From positions 1-61,103 of the forward strand of contig JABANN010000151.1 in assembly GCA_013115125.1 (NCBI GenBank): a stretch of DNA of 61,103 nucleotides. Reading direction: 5' to 3'. A program made the translations under genes and the position numbers. The stretch comes from Perkinsus olseni. Taxonomy: Eukaryota. Position 1 is the first letter of the stretch. Each line of letters begins with the position of its first letter. Below are positions 36,919 to 47,038 of the stretch, in pieces. The notes beneath the pieces were generated by a model. That model was not told where the DNA came from. It worked only from the letters and a program-made list of their open reading frames with translations, and searched no databases.

Positions 36919-38705
36919 TTACTCGCGGTGAGCTGAAAAGCGGAGGGTTTCTCCAGCTGCTCGGCTCCTCATCCAGTACAGGCCACCGAAGGCCAATATC
37001 ACTACGAGTGAGATGATGAAGAACGCATATAGAGGAGGACCACTGGGCGATGCTAGCCATGATGATACGCTCTTCTTAACACGAGCAGCAACGCCTCCAC
37101 CCAGGAAGAATCCTTCAGGGCAAGGGTGGTCATTGCAGGGTTCCTCCTCCGAAGGCCTGGTATTAGCATCACATTCAACATCATCATAAGCATGTCCGTT
37201 AGGGCCAGAGCATTTGATGCATCTAAAAAGACATCGGCACTGGATAGGGAGGCCCTCTCACCTGGTACGGACCCCTCCACCACATTCTTTAGAACATCCA
37301 CTCCAACCATCAGCCTTCCATTGGAATGATATCTTGCAAACTCCATCCCTAGTGGATGTATGATCGGGAACGACAACACCATCGGGGATCATAGCGGTAG
37401 TGATGGCATCAAAATAAAACCTAAACCGGGGCGTGTCAGCAGCCGAGGCCACAACCCAACAACGCCGCCTCACTTCTGTCCGCCCCCAGCTGGAAGAGTC
37501 GCCCTCCTACAGGAGGACTCCTGAGGAGATTCCATCCTCCAGCAGGAGTCCCCAAACATCTCATAGCGTCTTTGCTTCCATCGTAACGTCTCAAACGTAT
37601 TGTAATGATCCGCTTGGTAAGTCTCCTTCGCTGTCCCACTGAAAAGAAGTTGCATTGCGGCCACGACGGACATACGTTGAAGTCAATACGGCTATACCTG
37701 CAAACCAACGACTGTCGTAGCAAAGCACCACCATTGAAGGACCATCATTACTGCATCAGCAGGACGTATGGCGGGTTGGGGTCCCGACTGTTACTCATAA
37801 GGAGCTAAGATGGTCCCAATCATGGCGTCTTCGGCTTCCATGTGCTTGACAGGTATTTGAGTATTCGCCATGAACTCCACCAAATCTCTAGAAAGGATAT
37901 AGCCAGCACCTGGACGAGCGGTGACCTCCCAAGCGCCTCCTCTCGATTCAGTCCCACCTCTCGCGTTCAATGGGTATTCTTTCAGACCGGTGCTATCTTT
38001 AAGAGACTGCTGTAAGATTGGACTGCTGTGCCAGAAGGTGCCAGCATGCACTCGAGGAAGATCAAAGGCATTCTTCTCTTCTAGTACGGCGATTAATCTG
38101 ATCACTTTGAGTTCAACGACACCTGTCTGATCTTTACGTGCCTATCGACATGAACATAGCTGTCGGTATCACTCTTGAGCAGAAGCCGATACCTAAAACG
38201 GCGGTGGCCTCTGTGCAGTCGTCACGAGCTAAGAGTTACTCTCCGAATATATCAGAGCAAACTTTGAATATCTCGAGCACCTTCTGGCCCAGCCGACCGT
38301 ACCGATCGTGGAAGCCCTTTAGCTCACGAATATCATCTGACATCAGCGAGGGCGTCGAAGCCTCGTTGGTGCCCCAACTGGCGGATATACCATATTGTTT
38401 CTTCTCCTCTTCTAGAGTAGCCTTCTGATCGGAGTTGAGCTCGGTACTATCCCCAATGATGAAGTACAGCTTGATCGACCTCTTACTATCAGCCCCCTGA
38501 GGCAGGTGATAATATCAATAACATCGAGGCCCTCATGCGGTACTTCATATTTTTTCAGTTGCCACATCCAACTGTCTCGGATGCCGCAACGCCTGGCGGT
38601 CTCTCCCGGGGCAGTGGGTATGACCACGGCCAAGTCTAGAAGAGATAGACTCGGCCGAAGCAACAAAAGCAGTAGCAAACAAATATTAAAATGGAGAAAA
38701 CTCAT
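36919..38705 (-). CDS. GT31-TSP1-TM copy 3 (possibly disrupted)
   Basis: MSFLHFNICLLLLLLL signal; GT31 exons near identical to copy 2; TSR cassette; TM; stop at 36919. Deletion near 37655 removes an exon end and donor and shifts frame unless a 29-nt intron is used. Confidence 0.7.
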
Positions 38706-39266
38706 CCTCTCCCGGATCAACTGAGAGTGAGAACGACAAGATGATTATCCGGGAGTGGACGTGAACCACATCACGGGATACTGGATTGCAATAATCGGAA
38801 ATATGAGGCCGTTACCTACGCCACTGGAACGGTCGAGCAGTCGGAACACTGACACGAATTTCCTATTTTCTGCTTCTGAGGTCTCCGAGTTTGGACCGCC
38901 CTTCTCCCGCCATGTGGCATAGTGGCCTCCTCATCATTGCATGTGGCTTAGTGGTCTCGTTATTGCGTGAGGCAGCTTACAGACTGTAAGTAGCCAGCGT
39001 ATGAGCTCAGAGAGGGACATCCCACCCCCAAGCCAGGACCCAGCAGGGCCCAACCAACCCCTACATTCTGATACTATGTCAACACAACATACGCAGTACT
39101 CAGTAGAACAACCGCCCATTATTCGTCATGTCCACGTAGCATGCAGGCTACGTGGATCAGATCAGTATCAGAACACCGCCAGACACCAATAAGCAGTCGT
39201 GGAGCGGCAGCTGAATGGTTACACTCTCCAGCGTACCCCCAAACTGCATGCAGGCCTTACAGTCGC

Positions 39267-41560
39267 TCAAGTGTCGTCAGGTAGAATTAGCGAAGAGCGG
39301 TCTGAAACCCCTGCTAAGTACATCGGCACAGCGGTGAGGGCGCAGGTCACTGAACGCTCATGAAGGCCCTCGGCACTTTCACGATATTGAAGCGACGAAG
39401 ATACATCCCGCTGAGTGTTTGCATTATTGACAACCACCAATTCCAGTGGCGCACCCATCAACGCACGTTCGAGCTCGTCAGTGGCCCTGACCATCATCGC
39501 CGCCTGTGGTGTGATAGACGAGAGAAACAACCGCGAGCGCAACGGCCTACCTCAACACCACCATCGAGGCACAACGGTAAGAACACTGAAGAGAGCAGCC
39601 CCACGTCATTAGCTTGCTCAACCGTCCAAGACCAAGTAACGAGTTGAACAACAAGCCTTGGTAAACTGTCATGTCGCACTAACAGGGCGAACGCCTCGTG
39701 GCCGATCGGCCGGTTTCTTCCGTCGGCTTCGTTCGGTCGCCCAAAGGCTGTCGGTGCTCACGCCAACGCCTGCACTGATATTAGAATGAAAATAGGGCGA
39801 CATCGGTGATTTCTTCGCTACTCGCCGGCCAAACCTTCATGCTTTGGATGGCGTGAATGACCTCCTCCTTGCGCATGACGTCAGTCCATGGCAGCTTCCG
39901 CAGCGCATCGCTCGACAGACTCGTCCTCATGCCCCAACGCGATTTCATTCGACCTGAGTGAGAGCTCATAGAACAGAGGGCAGAGCTGCGCTTACCTGAG
40001 CTGGTCACCGGCCTACTCCCAGGCGGGCTGACCTTCGCTTTGATAGGCGGAATTGGGCGAGGTATGGTAACCTCTGCAGCGCTGTCAGCATCACTGCCAC
40101 CGAGAGAAATCAGATATCTGGCACAAGGGCCGATGGCGGAGGGATCGATAGGCGCACAGGAGCACTCGAAGGTGTGGAGCTGTCCATGAACGAATGCCAA
40201 CTTAGTCGGCGTCGGGACCATCTTCGCTGCATGGGGCACCCGAGCTCTGGTGGCCGACACCGTACACACTCTGTCCTCCGGCGTGCCGTTGACATCCATC
40301 TGAAACTGCCTAGTACAGGTAAGGTCGCGATGGTACTACTCACCCCAGCGTCTATGAGAGCCTTGACACAGTCCGTATGGCCGTTGGCCGCCGCTAAATG
40401 TAATGGCGTGAAGCCTAGATCACAGGAAATGACGGCCACCCTACGGTCATTCAGGACCTTCACCTTCACAGTTAGTGGAACCTCCGACAGCACCTCGCGA
40501 GAGCAAGAGCTGGCATATACTCAGATGCCCTCGACAGGCAGAGATCGTCATTGGCGTGTTACTGAATGACATCAGATAATCAAGTAACACAGAGGGCGTC
40601 GTGCTGATCACCCATAGGAGTCCTCAGCATTGACGTCTGCTGAGCTATCGATGAGCAGCTCTACAATATTTCTGCTGCCATGCCATGCAGCGTAGTGCAG
40701 AGGCCGAACTCCCTGAGAGGTTTCAATGACCGGGGGCGAACACTAAAGCCGCTGCTACCCGAGCATTCGACTGATTTACGATGGCGTTCGGCACTCCTTC
40801 CAACTCATTCGACCGGTCTTCACCAGCAGCCTTCTGCTAGGGCGCACGCTATGAGCGGCCGAGGGCCCGGCCGTCCTACCGTGGCCTCCCTCCCAGAGTG
40901 CTTCACGAGCACCTCTGCAATGAGCCACTGCCTTCTCTGGACTGCTAGACTGAGCGCCGTGTCGCCCTCGTTGGTCGTCAGCGTGACATCCGCTCCGTGT
41001 TGCAGAAGTAGATCGACCAGAAGGACACTTCCTGCATGACGACGCTGGCACTACGTCCACTACACAGTGCACTACCAGTATCAATTGCCAAGTGGAGCGG
41101 TGTAGCACCATGGCTATTCACAGCGTAAAGAATCGACTCCTCGCCGTCCGACTGCGGTCCACGGGCGCCTGAGAGCACCAGAGGAAGACTAGCCCGACGC
41201 CTCCGGTCTTACTTGAAGGCTGCAGCATGCCCTCGAGAACCGCGGCCTGAGGCAAGCGAAACAGAATTATGTCGTTCAGCTAGATGGTCCTACTTGACCG
41301 GTGGCCGCCGCTATGTGTGCTGGGGTGTTATTCTTCGCATTGTGGTACTGCGGCGGACCCCGCTTCGTCCCCGACGGATAAACCTTGCATCCGGCCATGG
41401 GCAGGGGGCGAGGCTCGAGCCAGTGGCGATCTGAGTACCTGGAAAATGACACTCAGGTACTGCCATCTGCCGACATCCTGGCCATCAGTGAGAGCCAAGG
41501 GCTGCGCACGTACACTGAATGAGTTTCCAGGAACGAGCGAACCGCGGACAGCTTCCTCAT
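39267..41560 (-). CDS. Ankyrin repeat protein 3 (multi-exon, ends uncertain)
   Basis: GATPLHLAIDTG, LLQHGADVTLTTNEGDTALSLAV, RPLHYAAWHGSRNIVELLIDSSADVNAED, GFTPLHLAAANGHTDCVKALIDAG. Confidence 0.8.
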
Positions 41561-41989
41561 TGTCTTGAAATGCGGATGACCGTGCACTGGCGATGGTGAT
41601 GAGCGGGGAATCACCAACTGGTCCAGGCCTTCATAATCTGGGTGTTCCTTAACCCGCACCCTGATCGACAGACACGCTGCGACAATCTTGACCGGTGAGG
41701 AGCCCAATGACTAGTTGTACGCGTACAGCATATTGAACAGCAGTTATCTATTCTCTCACAGCACAGAACAACTATTGCACGCACACTCATTAGGTGCGAC
41801 TTTCACTCCAACCCCTCGTGGCCTAGTGTGGCCATGCTTGACGGCTACCCAAAACACTACATCATACTATCGTCGCTCGTTAGTTATAACAGCAACACTC
41901 CCATGAAAGCCGCTCTCATTCTCGCCATGATCAACCAACCCCCTACGTTGTTGTAAGTCTGTCAACTCTTCCACCTTGAGACGCCTCCT

Positions 41990-42591
41990 CACCAGCTCGA
42001 CGTCGGGCCTCCAGCTTACTCTTCTCGTCCTTTTTCAACTTCTGGGAGGCCTGCATGAGCCAGCTAATCGAAAACAATGGTGAGACGAAGTCACATTCCT
42101 AGCCACAGGCCCATGCCAAACTTTCAGCCGAAACCGTTCCTCCTCCGAGCTTCCGTGCTCTTTATCAATGCGGTACAAGTACTGCTGGTCCCTCAGCACC
42201 TGCTTTATGCGGCATACGACCCCCCGCCGGGTCTCAGCGCCCCACCTCCTGTCGGAACCGCAGCGAGGAATCCTCGAAAGCACGTCGACCATCTCGACAC
42301 CGATCTTCATGCACCCTCCTTGAGCTGTCGGCCCCTGAGATCCACGAGCTCCTCAGAGCGGACTTCTCACGTCCAATAGACCATGCATACGTACCTCTCT
42401 TCGACCTGGCAAGTGACTTAAGCTTATCGACAGTCACGTCAAAGACGGCTTTCTTGCCCTCATTCACTCGAGCTCCTGATCATGATAATCATCAATGACC
42501 ATCGCGTTATTGGGGAGCCGCCAACCTCTAGTGGTGACGTCATAAACAACTTGTGGTCCTCGATAGTGATTCCGCTGGGCCGATTGAGCAT
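41990..42591 (-). CDS. Hypothetical charged protein (3' end uncertain; may join the downstream ankyrin gene)
   Basis: MLNRPSGITIEDHKLFMTSPLE plus in-frame GT-AG-bounded exons (VNEGKKAVFDVTVDKLK, VLRDQQYLYRIDKEHG). Confidence 0.55.
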
Positions 42592-43350
42592 GGACGATGC
42601 GGCCCTGAGTCCTCAGACTCAAGTTCAAAGACCGCGTAAGATTCTCCGTCAACTGAAGGACGCAACGATCGAGCGCGGGCTAAAACTAAATGGCGAATGA
42701 TCTCGAGCTCGCAAAGGCGCTATATATCGCACAAAGGAAGCCTCCACCGGGAATAGAACTCCGGTCTTCCCGATGGAAGTTATGTGCCTTAACTATTACA
42801 CCATTAACTCCAACTTACAGATTTTCCACCTCGCTTGACAGGATCTGGGTCTGATTTGCCGGTCTGAATGATGGCGAAGGATAGACTAATAAACTGCCAC
42901 GAGCTACTGTCAACTTCGCGAATCACCGTACGGCGATTCTTGTCCGTCGCAGCGGCGTCGACTTCTACTCGCCATAGTCCCGCCGTCAGCCTTCACCCTC
43001 GTACAAACGCAACAGTGCAACGCAGTGGAAACTGCCTCGTTCAATAGAGACTGTCTATTTGACGACTAATAGTAGCAGAAAAGTAGGTAATAGAGTAACG
43101 ACTTGGAAGGTTCGGTCGCCCTGCTCGACTTCTACAGCTGATGAACAAACGTAACGAACAACAGCTATTATTAACATGTGTGGCACCCTTACGGCGACCA
43201 AAAAGTAACATTGACTCTATGTCATTACAGACAACCAGCTCACAACATTCTGATGGGACAACCTTCCACACCTCAACTAATGCATATTACTTAGAAACAA
43301 CAACATCTTATAGAAAGCTACTAGTCTTTGACAAGATCAGACAACCTAGT

Positions 43351-44793
43351 CTATCGTGTCGACTCGCTCCTACCAATGTCTTCACTCTTGCTGCTGGCGA
43401 TAGCCTCCTCGCCACCAACAAGCTCCGCAGCAGCACCACACTCGACAGGAGAAGACTTCCCGATGCCTCTGCAAGCAATGAAGGTGGTAGGCATGCCAGC
43501 GAGGAAGAGACACCAGCAGATCCAGAACTGAGTGGTGTATGCAACACGGAGCTCTGGGAGGTCCATCGTCCAGGAAATGGCAGCACCAATAGACTGGATA
43601 CCCTTATAGAGACCGGTGTATCTAGCCGCCAGTGAGGCGTTCTCACCCGCAAGGGCTCCCATTATCCAGTAGGAGAAAGTCTGAACGGTCGAGTCGCCGA
43701 AACCATAAAGCAAGTAGACGATGCAAGGATACCAGTATTGGCTATCGGTGAAATCAAGCTTCTCATCGTCACCAACAACATTAGTGTAACGATCGTAGCC
43801 GCCCATGTAACCGTACTGTAGGTAGCAGCCTAGACCGTAAATGATGTTGAAGCTGATGAGAACGAACCAGAAACCTTGCATGCCTCTGGTCTTGAGACTG
43901 AACTTTACGTTATCAAGGATAATGCCAGTGCACCATGCACCGAACATCTGGGCTAACCAATACAACGCTGAGTTCAACCCGCGTGTACGAATAGTGAAAA
44001 GGACGCCGTTGACGCAGTTGAAAACATACGTGTAGAAATAGTTGGAACCAAAGAAAAGAATAAGTAACAGAACCATGTTCTTGTCCAGTATGACGGAGGC
44101 AGCATCGATGAACTCCTGCTTAACACCCTTTGCAGGCGTCATCACTGCGTGGGAGCCGTCTTCTAGGACAACCTTAGAGGGATCACGAAGAAGGAACAGA
44201 GCCATGACGGCACCAACAGCCATAATGGCAATGAATACAAAGTAGGAGGCAGCACTAGCAGTGCCAGTCTCGGTATCGAAGTTCAAAGCGAACTGTAGAA
44301 TGCCACCGATGAAGCCACCGAGGTTGAAAATAACCCAGAAGGTCGTGATGTAGTGACCCTTCTTGTTCTCAGGTGCATACGCCATCATAATGGCACCCTG
44401 GGCAGTCCAAAGCCAGCCAGCACCGAAACCCAGCAACGCACCAGCGAGGACGAAGAGCCAACCAGTACCGACAACATGGCCCGAGATGTAGGCAGCAGCT
44501 GCGTAGAACGCGTAGAAAATGCCACCGGCAGCCATCAGGATTCGGGGCCCCAACAGGTTGAAGAAGAAGCCGCCGAAGTAGCCGAAGACGGCGAAACAAA
44601 CGTAAAGGGCGATGTTGGCGGAGTCGTTGGCGGAGGGATTGGCGTTGCCTGCTCCTCCCAAGCCTTGCATGGCGTTGAAGAAACCCGGGCAGCAGAAGGC
44701 AATCACCCCTGTGATGACAACCTGCGAGTAACCCCTATTGAGCCAGGGGACACTCTTAGGATTAGAATAGGAAGTGGTAGTAGAAGTGGTCAT
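43351..44793 (-). CDS. UNC-93-like MFS transporter, intronless paralog of 18601-20025
   Basis: 480-aa ORF collinear with the first copy (FCCPGFFNAMQGLGGAG, LWTAQGAIMMAYAPENKKG, FTIRTRGLNSALYW). Confidence 0.93.
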   Translation of the reverse strand: MTTSTTTSYSNPKSVPWLNRGYSQVVITGVIAFCCPGFFNAMQGLGGAGNANPSANDSANIALYVCFAVFGYFGGFFFNLLGPRILMAAGGIFYAFYAAAAYISGHVVGTGWLFVLAGALLGFGAGWLWTAQGAIMMAYAPENKKGHYITTFWVIFNLGGFIGGILQFALNFDTETGTASAASYFVFIAIMAVGAVMALFLLRDPSKVVLEDGSHAVMTPAKGVKQEFIDAASVILDKNMVLLLILFFGSNYFYTYVFNCVNGVLFTIRTRGLNSALYWLAQMFGAWCTGIILDNVKFSLKTRGMQGFWFVLISFNIIYGLGCYLQYGYMGGYDRYTNVVGDDEKLDFTDSQYWYPCIVYLLYGFGDSTVQTFSYWIMGALAGENASLAARYTGLYKGIQSIGAAISWTMDLPELRVAYTTQFWICWCLFLAGMPTTFIACRGIGKSSPVECGAAAELVGGEEAIASSKSEDIGRSESTR

Positions 44794-45385
44794 GGTGCAG
44801 AGAGCAAAAAGACCGATATCCTACGAGGATAGTTTAAGTAATCTACACTGGAGAAAAATGACGATAGAAGTGTTGGCCCAGGCGAGAACTATTGGCGAAA
44901 ATCCCTAGCATCATGATTAGGGTTTGGTGATCACGCTGGACGAGGTCATTTCGTTCGACGACAATTGCAATGCTCCGATAGAGCGCTGATGATGTACCTC
45001 CGGTTCATTGAGTTGGTTCGAAAACTTTCCTGAGTTTACTCCCGGTGTTTAACATGCTTCCCCCAAGTTCCAGGAGTGCTCCCAGGATTAGACGTGCGGG
45101 AGACGAGCGTAAAAGAGCCATCGAGGCTCGGGAGAGGTCTATTGAATCCAGCCAGAACCGATTCTAAAATTTAGTTCTACATGAAAATGCGATTCTGAAT
45201 TGAGTTTAGATTTCAAAACAACTTCGGGCAACATCGCCGAAGTTTTCACACCTTTTAGCCTTGCTAGCCTCACAGGAGTGAATACACAGGATTGAAGCTG
45301 TCGCCGAAATCTTGCCAAATCTTGAAGTCTTGCCGAGTTCCTCAACGATGTGAACCCGTACTAAAGGCAAGATGCCCTGTCGAAG

Positions 45386-46880
45386 ATGCACTGTCGAGAC
45401 TCATGGACGGCCACTTGCTATGCGCTGCACCAGGACGAGTTCATAAGGAAGTTCGAGGGCCCCCTATACGACCACAGAAGGATTGCCGCTAGTCGGAAGC
45501 CTTGGAAGTAAAAAAAAACTCACCTCGCCTGCCGCGGCGTCGAGACACGGGCGACATTCAGTGATTGCATACTGCGCTGCTATGATATCAATGGCCTTTT
45601 TGTTGACCTCAAGATACCCATGCGTATCTTAGCTCGCTCCTTGTCCCTCACAGGAGCTACATTCAGTTACTATCCTATCGGAGTTCCCAACGCCGTTTAC
45701 AACAGCAGTGAAGACATCTGCCGAGCCACCGGCATGAATGCTGAGACACTCCAGGTGGGGTAATCGCTGGCCGCATCCTCGAACCACCGCTCCTGAGCGT
45801 ATCCATAGGCCGAAGCTTGCATAAGACAGTGATAGGTTAGTTCTGTGGATCCCTTACTGGCACCGTTACTCTATGAGGGAATTACTGGTCGATTTCGGAC
45901 GTTGTCCGTGTCAGCAAACAAGAGATCAGCTCATGTCTTCAAGTGAGCTTAAGAGGGCCAAGAAGGCGCAAGTGGAGTATGTTGGGGAGCCTCCGTCCAG
46001 AGTGGGTCCCTCTCCCATCGTGTGCTGTGCCGTCTCCATACCGAATCGTCCCTTTGTGACGATTCTTCGGCGAAGAATCTTCGCTCACAATTATTGCGGC
46101 CGTCGTTGTCAGGCTCGTCTCCATAGGAAGCTGGGCAACAGTCTTGAACTGGCTAGAGTGGCGTTGAGGAAGACTTCAGAGTTTGTTGATAGAGGGATGG
46201 ACGTCGAGGCTAGAGACGCCGGCGAGCGAATAAGGTAGGCCTCTACTGTAACTGTCCGTGGTAGTGTTCCCTCTCAGAAAGTACTTCGACAGCCTCGTAG
46301 CACGCAGGAATGCCTGTGACCTCTTCCTGATGGGACAGGCTGCTCCTCAAGCCCGAATGTCGCCGCCGGAGCTGCATCCAGCTTTGCGGAATCGGTAACA
46401 TGTCCCTCACCTCATTGGTGCCCACACGCCCCTCAGCACCTTCAACACCGTAGAAGTGCGTCGTAAGGGCAGTGATGATGAGGACACTGCGTCAAGTCTA
46501 GTGTTCGCCACAGTCCACCAGGGCGACATCAGTCGAGGAGGGAAGGACCCTCTGCCAGGTGGGTGGTACCTAGCTCTACCCCCGGATGACGCTGTTGTGG
46601 TATCAGAGGTCTCCTCTGTTCCGAAGCTCCCTCCGTTGCGGTCTAGTGAGTATCGATCGAAGTATCAGCGGCCGGACAGGATGGCTGCTGCCGTACAGAG
46701 CGTTCGAGATCATGTGAGGAATGCTGCGGTGAGTGAGGATCATCCGTGTCACAATGGCAGATGATATCGGAGGCGCTGAAGGCCAGGGCAGATCACACCG
46801 AGAAGGCGAGTCGGTGGCCCTTTAAGGGAGAGGCGGGCCCGTCACGGTCAGTCGAGTCGCCTTTGGAGGCATTTACTTGA
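45386..46880 (+). CDS. Hypothetical protein (multi-exon)
   Basis: MHCRDSWTATCYALHQDEFIRKFEGPLYDH exon with donor, further exons ARLHRKLGNSLELARVALRK and YQRPDRMAAAVQSVRDHVRNAA, last exon ending SPLEAFT*. Confidence 0.55.
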
Positions 46881-47038
46881 GACCTTGGTCAGTCATGACA
46901 CTACTTATCATTCTGGTGTTGATGATCATCATGACGGCACTGCGTTGGAGGGGTTGATGGGGATGTCAGGCGCTGTTGCCGTATCTTGCGCTCACGTTCA
47001 GTTCCATCCAGTTTGACTACCTCCCTCGTCGGTGTACC

